NCBI GenBank assembly: GCA_002269645.1
Contig: NIVC01000184.1
Coordinates: forward strand, 186,001-250,000
Length of the DNA: 64,000 nt
Reading direction: 5' to 3'
Source: Macrostomum lignano
Taxonomy: Eukaryota
Under the pieces are notes generated by a model. It saw only the letters and a program-made list of their open reading frames with translations, was not told the DNA's origin and made no database searches. Within the stretch, counting starts at the first letter, position 1, and the number at the start of each line of letters is the position of its first letter. The position numbers and the translations under genes are program-made. This document shows positions 1 through 12,165 of this stretch, one piece after another.

Positions 1-646
1 TGAAATTCGATGGTAAGATACATGTACATCATGTACTTACGTTGATTTCGAACTGTTCAGTAGCAATCAATAAAATTTTTGGACAGAGAAACCAAGACTG
101 ATAAAGCAGGCTTGTTACTGGGGAAAGTTGGTCGGTAGAAATGCTTTTTGATGCGCACAATCCTTCATGTTTTATACTTTATTTGCGAGCAGAAAACGTG
201 TTTGCTGTGGAATAAGACACTTGCGCATCAGTTGAGGAGCAGATCGAAATGATTGGCTGATATTCCTAATGCAAGATTTCTCAGCATTCACCGATGCAGT
301 CAGTATGTTTGCTCAGAATTTATCTCCCGAGTTTACAGGCGTTTAAAATGCAAGCTATTTACCAACTTGCTGGATTAACAGCCAACTCACCTCATCCGGT
401 GTCTTCCATCGTTTTTTTGATTGACAAATGATCGAATTTTATAAGTGTGCGGCCTGGGCAGATTCTTTGCCAATGCTTAATGCATTTGCATTTATAAATG
501 TATAACTTCTCTATTCCTACATGTATGTAGTCACTGGCATTTTTTTTTAAACTTCAATAATAATTATTAAAATAACACTGCTACCAGTAAAAAACTACAG
601 AATATTACATTAAGCCCGTCGCAAGCACCTCGCCATTCCTTCACTA

Positions 647-1918
647 GGGGAATCTTGGGGAAGATAGGGAATCTTGGGGAAGATGGGGAATCTTAAGGAA
701 GATGGGGAATCTTGGGGAAGATGGGGAATCTTAAGGAAGATAGGGAATCTTGGGGAAGATGGGGAATCTTAAGGAAGATGGGGAATCTTGGGGAAGATGG
801 GGAATCTTAAGGAAGATGGGGAATCTTAAGGAAGATAGGGAATCTTGGGGAAGATGGGGAATCTTAAGGAAGATGGGGAATCTTGGGGAAGATGGGGAAT
901 CTTAAGGAAGATGTGGAATCTTAAGGAAGATGGGGAATCTTGGGGAAGATGGGGAATCTTAAGGAAGATGGGGAATCTTGGGGAAGATGGGGAATCTTAA
1001 GGAAGATGGGGAATCTTAAGGAAGATAGGGAATCTTAAGGAAGATGGGGAATCTTGGGAAAGATGTGGAATCTTAAGGAAGATGGGGAATCTTGGGGAAG
1101 ATGGGGAATCTTAAGGAAGATGGGGAATCTTGGGGAAGATGGGGAATCTTAAGGAAGATGGGGAATCTTAAGGAAGATAGGGAATCTTGGGAAAGATGTG
1201 GAATCTTAAGGAAGATGGGGAATCTTGGGGAAGATGGGGAATCTTAAGGAAGATGGGGAATCTTGGGGAAGATGGGGAATCTTGGGGAAGATGGGGAATC
1301 TTAAGGAAGATGGGGAATCTTGGGGAAGATAGGGAATCTTGGGAAAGATGTGGAATCTTAAGGAAGATGGGGAATCTTAAGGAAGATGGGGAATCTTAAG
1401 GAAGATGGGGAATCTTGGGAAAGATGTGGAATCTTAAGGAAGATGGGGAATCTTGGGGAAGATGGGGAATCTTAAGGAAGATGGGGAATCTTGGGGAAGA
1501 TAGGGAATCTTGGGGAAGATGTGGAATCTTAAGGAAGATGGGGAATCTTGGGGAAGATGGGGAATCTTGGGGAAGATGGGGAATCTTAAGGAAGATGGGG
1601 AATCTTGGGGAAGATGGGGAATCTTGGGGAAGATGTGGAATCTTGGGGAAGATGGGGAATCTTGGGAAAGATGGGGAATCTTGGGGAAGATGGGGAATCT
1701 TGGGGAAGATGTGGAATCTTGGGGAAGATGGGGAATCTTGGGAAAGATAGCGAATCTTGGGGAAGATGGGGAATCTTAGGGAAGATGGGGAATCTTGGGG
1801 AAGATGTGGAATCTTGGGGAAGATGGGGAATCTTGGGAAAGATAGCGAATCTTGGGGAAGATGTGAAATCTTAAGGAAGATGGGGAATCTTGGGGAAGAT
1901 GGGGAATCTTGGGGAAGA
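647..1918. repeat. 19-bp minisatellite (GGGGAATCTTGGGGAAGAT, AAGG variant)
   Basis: About 65 tandem units visible; the overlapping ORFs cycle with a 19-aa period and are repeat artefacts. Confidence 0.97.
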
Positions 1919-1972
1919 TACGCTGTACACAGTGCTGTACGTATGCGGAATGCAGGTAGGCCGTTGCTTCGA

Positions 1973-2132
1973 AATTGTCACTGGCAGTCAATTAATTGTC
2001 ACTGGCAGTCAAATGTCACTGGCAGTCAATTCACTGGCAGTCAATTAATTGTCACTGGCAGTCAATTGTCACTGGCAGTCAATTGTCAAGTCAATTGTCA
2101 CTGGCAGTCAATTGTCAAGTCAAATGTCACTG
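1973..2132. repeat. 17-bp minisatellite (AATTGTCACTGGCAGTC)
   Basis: About 9 degenerate tandem units. Confidence 0.9.
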
Positions 2133-2797
2133 ACAGTCAAAGTCTCACCAATTAAATAACAAAATCTTCCTGTAAACAAGTACCTTCGATAAATTAGGAG
2201 TACACACAGGTATAATTCAGTACTGGCATATATATATAAATATTACAATGTATTAATAAACAGAAAGTGAGCCAGATTAACTGAACAGATTGGTCAAGCC
2301 AAACTTTATCAATGGATATATTATTACAGTATCGTATTCTGTAAGAGAAACTAACATGATATTAATAACGCACAACAAAACAAGACGAAGGAAAATAAGG
2401 CAAAAATGATCCAAACCAATTATTAGGTTTGTGCACACACGCGGTTAAACAAATGTCTGGGATGTAAATCTTCATATTTCGGTTGAGCAGACTGGCAGAC
2501 TAGAACAGAATCAAAGCAATCAAAAGAACTCAGCAATGGAAGCTCAGTTATAAACTACTAAAGTCATTTATTTCAACGTTGGGATTTTTCAGTTGAATCT
2601 TTTTTATACTCGTAAATAAACAGGCACACGCACACATGCAATGTATTAAATTAGATAATACAAATGTAGTCAATTGAGATAAAATTCTAGTAAACAAAAA
2701 TGTTTTTTAAAGGAATAACGTTTAACATTCGCGTGGCAACGAAAAGAACTGTTGGTCCATGGTATTGCAGATCAGATCTCCAAGGCTCACTTGGGGA

Positions 2798-4305
2798 ATG
2801 CTGAGATGTCAATGCTCAACTAAGGAAATTCTGAGATCCCAATGCTCAAATAGGGGGATTCTGAGATCCCAATGCTCAACTAAGGGAATTCTGAGATCCC
2901 AATGCTCAAATAGGGGGATTCTGAGATCCCAATGCTCAACTAAGGGAATTTTGGGATCCCAATGCTCAACTAAGGGAATTCTGAGATCCCAATGCTCAAC
3001 TAAGGGAATTCTGAGATCCCAATGCTCAACTAAGGGAATTCTGAGATCCCAATGCTCAAATAGGGGGATTCTGAGATCCCAATGCTCAACTAAGGGAATT
3101 CTGAGATCCCAATGCTCAACTAAGGGAATTCTGAGATCCCAATGCTCAACTAAGGGAATTCTGAGATCCCAATGCTCAAATAGGGGGATTCTGAGATCTC
3201 AATGCTCAACTAAGGGAATTCTGAGACCCCAATGCTCAACTAAGGGAATTCTGAGATCCCAATGCTCAACTAAGGGAATTCTGAGATCCCAATGCTCAAA
3301 TAGGGGGATTCTGAGATCCCAATGCTCAACTAAGGGAATTCTGAGATCCCAATGCTGAAATAGGGGGATTCTGAGATCCCAATGCTCAACTAAGGGAATT
3401 CTGAGACCCTCATGCTCAAAAAGGGGAATTCTGAGATCCCAATGCTCAAATAGGGGGATTCTGAGATCCCAATGCTCAACTAAGGGAATTCTGAGATCCC
3501 AATGCTCAAATAGGGGGATTCTGAGATCCGTATGCTCAAATAGGGGGATTCTGAGATCCCAATGCTCAACTAAGGGAATTCTGAGATCCCAATGCTCAAA
3601 TAGGGGGATTCTGAGATCCCAATGCTCAACTAAGGGAATTTTGGGATCCCAATGCTCAACTAAGGGAATTCTGAGATCCCAATGCTCAACTAAGGGAATT
3701 CTGAGATCCCAATGCTCAACTAAGGGAATTCTGAGATCCCAATGCTCAAATAGGGGGATTCTGAGATCCGTATGCTCAAATAGGGGGATTCTGAGATCCC
3801 AATGCTCAACTAAGGGAATTCTGAGATCCCAATGCTCAAATAGGGGGATTCTGAGATCCCAATGCTCAACTAAGGGAATTTTGGGATCCCAATGCTCAAC
3901 TAAGGGAATTCTGAGATCCCAATGCTCAACTAAGGGAATTCTGAGATCCCAATGCTCAACTAAGGGAATTCTGAGATCCCAATGCTCAAATAGGGGGATT
4001 CTGAGATCCCAATGCTCAACTAAGGGAATTCTGAGATCCCAATGCTCAACTAAGGGAATTCTGAGACCCTCATGCTCAAAAAGGGGAATTCTGAGATCCC
4101 AATGCTCAACTAGGGGGGTTCTGAGATCCCAATGTTCAACTAGGGGAATTCTGAGATCCGTATGCTCAAATAAGGGGAATTTAGAGATCCCAATGCTCAA
4201 AAAGGGAAATTCAAAGATCCCCATGCTCAAAAAGGGAAATTCAAAGATCCCCATGCTCAAAAAGGGAATTCTGAGATCCCAATGCTCAAATAGGGGGATT
4301 CTGAG
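2798..4305. repeat. 30-bp minisatellite (CTGAGATCCCAATGCTCAACTAAGGGAATT)
   Basis: About 50 units; diagnostic variants recur 240 bp apart (3521/3761 and 3641/3881). Confidence 0.97.
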
Positions 4306-4383
4306 ACAGGACTAACGGAGAGACGTTGAGACGCCCTGAAAAAAGTGAGTTTGGCTGCAACGATTTTGTTAATCTGTACCCAA

Positions 4384-7300
4384 TCACAGAGCCCAATGAG
4401 TCCGCTCAAAGCCCTGAGCAATGCTGCACAATATCGTACGGGACTCGTAGTCGCTCCTAGCCTCGAATACGTGACAGCGAAAGTCCCTGGCAATGGTGCA
4501 GGTGGTCTCGCCGCCCATATAGGCTACGAAACGGACGCAATCGAGCCTGCGACCACACGAAGCAATCTGAGGATAGGCGTGGCGCACCAGCACTTCTCCA
4601 GTCTGACAGTCGATGGCTAAAACTTCTTTCTCGTCTAGTTCTAATCGGCAGGGCCTGTAGACGGCGGGATCGGGGAAGGCGGCCAGGACTCGCTCGATGC
4701 CCGGCTCGATAGAGGACACGCCGCCATTGCTGCCCATGGACAGGTTGCCGACGTAGCGGACTGAGTATGTCGGAGCCATGTCGGGATTGGCTGCCGGTAT
4801 GTCGTCCGATGCGTCCTCGTCTAGACGGGCGTGAATTGGCATCAGCTGAGATTGCCCAGCGGCGCCGTCCTCCGCCAGTGGATCGTCGAAGTTGACGCCC
4901 GGGATGCCGCGGGGAGCCTGCGGACAGTGGGGAGTGAATATTTGAGTTCATCCTGGTTAAAGTTTCTTACTTAACTAAGTGAGAAAACTTGGCTAAAACT
5001 TCATAATTTCATATTGTCCTTTTGAATATGAAATTCAAAACCTACAGAATGGATCCCACACCTACACAACAGTGGATCCCAAACCTACAAAATAGTGGAT
5101 CCCACACCTACATATAGGATCCCACACCTACATATAGGATCCCACACCTACAGATAGGATCCCACACCTACATATAGGATCCCACACCTACATATAGGAT
5201 CCCACACCTACAGATAGGATCCCACACCTACAGATAGGACCCCACACCTACGGATAGGATCCCACACCTACAGATAGGATCCCACACCTACAGATAGGAT
5301 CCCACACCTACAGATAGGATCCCACACCTACAGAGTAGAGGATCCCACACCTACAGAATTCACCCTCACCTCAAATTTCTTGAGTAGAATCTGACACGGA
5401 ATTCTCGCAGCTACAAAAGACACAGGCAGCTACACACAAGCGCAGCTCACCCTGGGCGCGTCCGGGTGCCGCCGGACGTGATTGAGAAGGCCAGCCTGAC
5501 CGGCAGACTTCAACAGGTGCAGCAGCGGCTGATACAGGCTGGCATCCGGTAGTCTGGCCTTGATAAACCAAGTGGGCACCGGCCAACCCTGATTGTCCTT
5601 AATCATCTTGCGTATCCGGGCCCCGTTGAATTTGATGCATTGGCCCAGCAGTTCGTCTAGGATGTCGCCAGGCTCAATTTTGGCGTCTTCGGCGGCTACG
5701 GAACCGGGTAGGACGGCTTCAACCACCTGCCGCACGGAGGGAGGGAGTCCAGTCACAGAGAGTTTGGTTCAGAGAGGTTTCAGGAGAGACTTCAGAGACA
5801 CTTCAGGAGAGACTTCAGAGACACTTCAGGAGAGACTTCAGAGACACTTCAGGAGAGACTTCAGAGACACTTCAGGAGAGACTTCCGAGACACTTCAGGA
5901 GAGATTTCAGAGACACTTCAGGAGAGACTTCAGAGACACTTCAGGAGACTTCAGAGACACTTCAGGAGAGATTTCAGAGACACTTCAGGAGAGATTTCAG
6001 AGACACTTCAGGAGAGATTTCAGAGACACTTCAGGAGAGATTTCAGAGACACTTCAGGAGACTTCAGAGACACTTCAGGAGAGACTTCAGAGACACTTCA
6101 GGAGACTTCAGAGACACTTCAGGAGAGATTTCAGAGACACTTCAGGAGAGATTTCAGAGACACTTCAGGAGAGATTTCAGAGACACTTCAGGAGAGATTT
6201 CAGAGACACTTCAGGAGAGATTTCAGAGACACTTCAGGAGAGATTTCAGAGACACTTCAGGAGAGATTTCAGAGGCACTTCAGGAGAGACTTTAGAGACA
6301 CTTCAGGAGAGATTTCAGAGACACTTCAGGAGAGATTTCAGAGACACTTCAGGAGAGACTTCAGAGACACTTCAGGAGAGACTTCAGAGACACTTCAGGA
6401 GAGACTTCAGAGACCCTTCAGGAGAGATTTCAGAGACACTTCAGGAGAGACTTTAGAGACACTTCAGGAGAGATTTCAGAGACACTTCAGGAGAGACTTC
6501 AGAGACACTTCAGGAGAGACTTCAGAGACACTTCAGGAGAGACTTCAGAGACCCTTCAGGAGAGATTTCAGAGACACTTCAGGAGAGACTTTAGAGACAC
6601 TTCAGGAGAGATTTCAGAGACACTTCAGGAGAGATTTCAGAGACACTTCAGGAGAGACTTCAGAGACACTTCAGGAGAGATTTCAGACACTTAGGGAGAG
6701 ACTTCAGAGACACTTCAGGAGATTTCAGAGACACTTCAGGAGATTTCAGAGACACTTCAGGAGATTTCAGAGACACTTCAGGAGATTTCAGAGACACTTC
6801 AGGAGATTTCAGAGACACTTCAGGAGATTTCAGAGACACTTCAGGAGATTTCAGAGACACTTGAGAAGACTCAGGAGTCTAATAAAAGGGTGCCTAACCT
6901 TACACAGACAAAGCGCAGCAAATCGAGCCTGCCCCTTTCCTACCTGATGTCCCTGCATGCAGACGAGATGCAGGCCCAGCTTAGAGCAGGGCACGAACTC
7001 GTAGTAGCAGTATCTAGGCAGCGACCAGCTGCAGTCAAGGAAGGCGGCATTGCGCAGATTTAGTGTAAATTTTGCTTTGGACAGTTCCAGCAGCAGGCTA
7101 GCGAGAATCTCGGCCAGGATGTCGTTGCCGACAATCGAGTAGAGGTCGTCGTAGAATTCGGCGGCCTGTCGCAGCACCCGGCAGAGTGTCAGCACCGGCC
7201 AGTGGATGAGGCGGCGCTGTAGGAGGCAGCGCACCAGAAGGCGTCCGCGGCCCAGCGGCTCTCGGACTCGAGGCTCGGATTTGGCTGCCTGCCAAAATAT

Positions 7301-8106
7301 AATGCCAACAATTGAGATCCCAGCTCGAGCCAATCAGAATTGAGATCCCAGCTCGAGCCAATCAGAATTGAGATCTCAGCTCGAGCCAATTAAAATTGAG
7401 ATCCCAGCTCGAGCCAATCAGAATTGAGATCCCAGCTCGAGCCAATCAGAATTGAGAAACCAGCTCGAGCCAATCAGAATTGAGATCTCAGCTCGAGCCA
7501 ATTAAAATTGAGATCCCAGCTCGAGCCAATCAGAATTGAGATCCCAGCTCGAGCCAATCAGAATTGAGAAACCAGCTCGAGCCAATCAGAATTGAGATCT
7601 CAGCTCGAGCCAATCAGAATTGAGATCCCAGCTCGAGCCAATCAGAATTGAGATCCCAGCTCGAGCCAATCAGAATTGAGACCTCAGCTCGACAGCTTAA
7701 ACCAATCAGATTTGAGATCCTAAACTCAAAAGCCTGCCTGAATGAATGAAAAATGATGAGTCAGCTTGCCTACCTGAATTGCTGCCTCAACCCCGGGATG
7801 CAGGTGCCCGCCGCCCAGACTGTCGGAGCCGCCAGCTCCTGGAACCTGTTGAAAGTCTAACGTGACGCCAGGAGGTCGCCTTGAGCACAAATCCGGCAAG
7901 AGAAACATCCAGTGATAGCAATCTCGATGCCCAGAGAACAGACCAGCTGATTGACGTAAGCCTTTGGCTAGAATCTCTTCAAGAGTTGAACAGAGCGGCT
8001 CCAGACTAGGGTGACTGTCTGGTATGTCCGCCTGCGGCGGGTCGCCAACCCGCAACGATAGTACGTGTTGCTTCAGCCGTTTTAACAAAGGATCCGAGAC
8101 TGACAT
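4384..8106 (-). CDS. RUN-PDZ-PTB domain protein (uncharacterised family, LOC417372-like architecture), about 495 aa
   Basis: Exons 8106-7774, 7288-6944, 5726-5451, 4917-4384; all introns GT-AG, phase 0, frame continuous. RUN-like (LEPLCSTLEEILAKGL; GRGRLLVRCLLQRR; FYDDLYSIVGN), PDZ (LGLHLV; GSVAAEDAKIEPGDILDELLG) and PTB (YSVRYVGN; FRCHVFEA; ILCSIAQGF) motifs recognised by eye. Confidence 0.85.
5050..5356. repeat. 20-bp intronic minisatellite (GGATCCCACACCTACAGATA)
   Basis: About 14 units in intron 3 of the RUN-PDZ-PTB gene. Confidence 0.95.
5767..6862. repeat. 23/21-bp intronic minisatellite (TTCAGGAGAGACTTCAGAGACAC)
   Basis: Fills intron 2; the unit shortens to 21 bp after about 6710. Confidence 0.96.
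7311..7722. repeat. 28-bp intronic minisatellite (GAGCCAATCAGAATTGAGATCCCAGCTC)
   Basis: About 14 units filling intron 1. Confidence 0.96.
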
Positions 8107-8180
8107 TTTTTATCGGAATGCTGTTGCTGTTGGAATCATTCATTGGATTGTTTAAATATTTATATTAGCTAATTAATCTG

Positions 8181-9045
8181 CGTCTAACTGGAGTAGCTCA
8201 GGATGAGCAGTTGAGTAGTCTAACTAGAGTAGCTCAGGGTGAGCAGTTGAGTAGTCTAACTAGAGTAGCTCAGGATGAGCAGTTGAGTAGTCTAACTGGA
8301 GTAGCTCAGGATGAGCAGTTGAGTAGTCTAACTGGAGTAGCTCAGGATGAGCAGTTGAGTAGTCTAACTGGAGTAGCTCAGGATGAGCAGTTGAGTAGTC
8401 TAACTGGAGTAGCTCAGGATGAGCAGTTGAGTAGTCTAACTGGAGTAGCTCAGGATGAGCAGTTGAGTAGTCTAACTGGAGTAGCTCAGGATGAGCAGTT
8501 GAGTAGTCTAACTGGAGTAGCTCAGGATGAGCAGGTGAGTAGTCTAACTGGAGTAGCTCAGGATGAGCAGTTGAGTAGTCTAACTGGAGTAGCTCAGGAT
8601 GAGCAGTTGAGTAGTCTAACTAGAGTAGCTCAGGATGAGCAGTTGAGTAGTCTAACTAGAGTAGCTCAGGGTGAGCAGTTGAGTAGTCTAACTGGAGTAG
8701 CTCAGGGTGAGCAGTTGAGTAGTCTAACTGGAGTAGCTCAGGATGAGCAGTTGAGTAGTCTAACTAGAGTAGCTCAGGATGAGCAGTTGAGTAGTCTAAC
8801 TAGAGTAGCTCAGGATGAGCAGTTGAGTAGTCTAACTAGAGTAGCTCAGGATGAGCAGTTGAGTAGTCTAACTAGAGTAGCTCAGGATGAGCAGTTGAGT
8901 AGTCTAACTAGAGTAGCTCAGGATGAGCAGTTGAGTAGTCTAACTAGAGTAGCTCAGGATGAGCAGTTGAGTAGTCTAACTAGAGTAGCTCAGGGTGAGC
9001 AGTTGAGTAGTCTAACTAGAGTAGCTCAGGGTGAGCAGTTGAGTG
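8181..9045. repeat. 36-bp minisatellite (AGTAGTCTAACTGGAGTAGCTCAGGATGAGCAGTTG)
   Basis: About 24 units; stop-free in one frame because the unit is a multiple of 3. Confidence 0.97.
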
Positions 9046-9948
9046 GATGATCTAGCCTGAGTAGCCCAGGGTGAGCAGGTGAGTGGATGATCTAGCCTGA
9101 GTAGCTTAGGGTGAGCAGGTGAGTGGATGATCTAGCCTGAGTAGCCCAGGGTGAGCAGGTGAGTGGATGATCTAGCCTGAGTAGCTCAGGGTGAGCAGGT
9201 GAGTGGATGATCTAGCCTGAGTAGCCCAGGGTGAGCAGGTGAGTGGATGATCTAGCCTGAGTAGCCCAGGGTGAGCAGGTGGGTGGATGATCTAGCCTGA
9301 GTAGCCCAGGGTGAGCAGGTGAGTGGATGATCTAGCCTGAGTAGCCCAGGGTGAGCAGGTGGGTGGATGATCTAGCCTGAGTAGCCCAGGGTGAGCAGGT
9401 GAGTGGATGATCTAGCCTGAGTAGCCCAGGGTGAGCAGGTGAGTGGATGATCTAGCCTGAGTAGCTCAGGGTGAGCAGGTGAGTGGATGATCTAGCCTGA
9501 GTAGCCCAGGGTGAGCAGGTGAGTGGATGATCTAGCCTGAGTAGCCCAGGGTGAGCAGGTGAGTGGATGATCTAGCCTGAGTAGCTCAGGGTGAGCAGGT
9601 GAGTGGATGATCTAGCCTGAGTAGCCCAGGGTGAGCAGGTGAGTGGATGATCTAGCCTGAGTAGCCCAGGGTGAGCAGGTGAGTGGATGATCTAGCCTGA
9701 GTAGCCCAGGGTGAGCAGGTGAGTGGATGATCTAGCCTGAGTAGCTCAGGGTGAGCAGGTGAGTGGATGATCTAGCCTGAGTAGCTCAGGGTGAGCAGGT
9801 GAGTGGATGATCTAGCCTGAGTAGCCCAGGGTGAGCAGGTGAGTGGATGATCTAGCCTGAGTAGCCCAGGGTGAGCAGGTGAGTGGATGATCTAGCCTGA
9901 GTAGCTCAGGGTGAGCAGGTGAGTGGATGATCTAGCCTGAGTAGCCCA
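9046..9948. repeat. 40-bp minisatellite (AGTGGATGATCTAGCCTGAGTAGCCCAGGGTGAGCAGGTG)
   Basis: About 22 units directly abutting the related 36-bp array. Confidence 0.97.
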
Positions 9949-12165
9949 ATATAGCACATGTAAAACATTCCTTAGTAAACTAATTTAGTAACAGGCCTAC
10001 AATTGATAATAAATAAACCAGTTAGAAGGCCATGCTCGCACTTAGAGACTTGAACTAATCAACTTTAAAAAAGTTTATTGAACATGGAACAGAAAAATGT
10101 TTAAATAACATATATATTATTGTTTTTATTGTTTAGTGTAATTCACAAAAAGCACACAAATTCATTCACAGAAGCAGAACGCACACAACGATAAAAAAGG
10201 TAATGAGACAACCCATAGGAAAAAAGACTTTGTTAAATTGCTTTATTAAAGCTAATATGGATTATGGATTTACTATTTATATTAAGAAAAAATTCTTAAA
10301 TAGGTATTTTTAAGTAGCTGCAATACTTCGATACAGAGTGGACACAAGCGTGTAATCAAGTACAATTTAGTAAAATAATTTTACTAATGAAGCTAATTAC
10401 ATACTTTATTAAAAACAGTAGTAACTTTGTAATATTAAATTTACTAGGGTGAAACAAAAACTTAAAAATGTAAGAAACCATTTTAAGACATAAATGTACT
10501 TTAACAATTTTTTTCAAACTTTATGTACAACACACGGGAAAATGTGCAACACTCTACTGAATTAACTAAATGAGTAGCGACACGGAAATATTTTACAACT
10601 ATATGCACATGCTATAGAATAAAGTAATGATAATGAAGTATTGAGTTTAGTCAAGGCAAAGTTTATTATCCAGTAAAATCAATTAAATCTGAATTGGTTG
10701 TGTTATTAATGTTTATCATAACAGATTTGCTCTATTCCTACTAAAAGTACAGTAATTACTCGATAAAAACTGTACTCAGGCCAAGAAGCGTCCCCAGAGT
10801 CACTTGCAGATAACACTGGTAAAATTGGAAAGAATTGACTCCAGACGACTCACGTTTAAATTGGAAAGTCAATTTGAGGCGTTTTTTATTGTTTGCGACT
10901 CTGGGGCCGTAGAGTCTGGTTCGAATTTACGATTTTATAAAACCCTATGTAGTCTACTTGGGTTAGTAGAAAGTTATAGGCTAACTCGACTCGAAAGTTA
11001 TAATAGGCTTTTTTGTTTGCAGACTCTTGTCACCGATTCTTGTCACGGTAAGGTTTTTAACAGGTTAAAGCTGATTAATTTATTACACCAGCGTGAATTA
11101 CAAATAAGCAATTTAAAACACATTTAACCAATATTAAAAGCCTGCATATTTCAAGCTTTGCAAGAAGAAAACAGATTATTCCTGGAAATGAATTAAAGCA
11201 GAATTACTACCCAAAGAAAGCAAGTTACATGAGCAAGCACCAAAACAGGATTTAGTAAATTGAATTGATTCAGTTCAAGAAAAATTTTATTTAAACATTA
11301 TTTATCAAGCAAACTGGTGTGAACTAATTAGTACCTGTTTATGAATTCATACTAACTTTATTAAGTATTATAGTATGTATTATAAGATTATAAATCAACA
11401 AAATTCGACCACTCAGCGCTGACTGTCATCCTGTCAATCTATTTGTTTTTGTTTATTAAAGGCATCATTACTGAGACTACTGAATCGCCTCAGTAGTGTA
11501 TTCGCTAATGTAAAGCGGTTTGCATCCCCACTTGGGCTTACACTGACTTACTTACTTGAAGTTAATCCCACATATGTTTCCCAAAGCAATGGAGCTCCTG
11601 TCTATGGTAGCAAGACTGGCACCGCAGCATCTAATTTGTTCCATATAGCGGCTCTATACTTCCATCCAAGATTTTCATTTAGACAAAAGTGAGGCAAGTG
11701 AGGAAACGAAAGCAGTGCTACATTTGCAAGAATTGCAACTGCCACGGAGAATCAAGATCAGTCCCTGAATTGTGGACCATGCTAAATGACGTCACCTCGT
11801 GTTGGGTGTAGTGAAATTTGCTAAAAATAAATTGCGGCATTACACAACTGTAACTCATGCTTGGGTTTTATAGCCACTATGGACCAGATTGAATGCTGCT
11901 GTGCCAGCCTTGCTACCACAGACAAAAGCTCCGTTACTTTGGAGCAGCCGAAGGTACTGTCTATGGTCCAAACCGCTGCGCACCCAGACGGCTTTAGAAG
12001 CCTCCTATCAGGTAGAACACTTAACACAAACCTGACGTTTTAGTGTATCCCTTTTCTCGTGTAAATAGATATATTTCATGAATTTTGTTGTGAATAAGAC
12101 ATTGAGTGGCGTATCTTGCTGATATTCAAATTTGATTATATTTTTATAGATGCGGCATACAGAGT

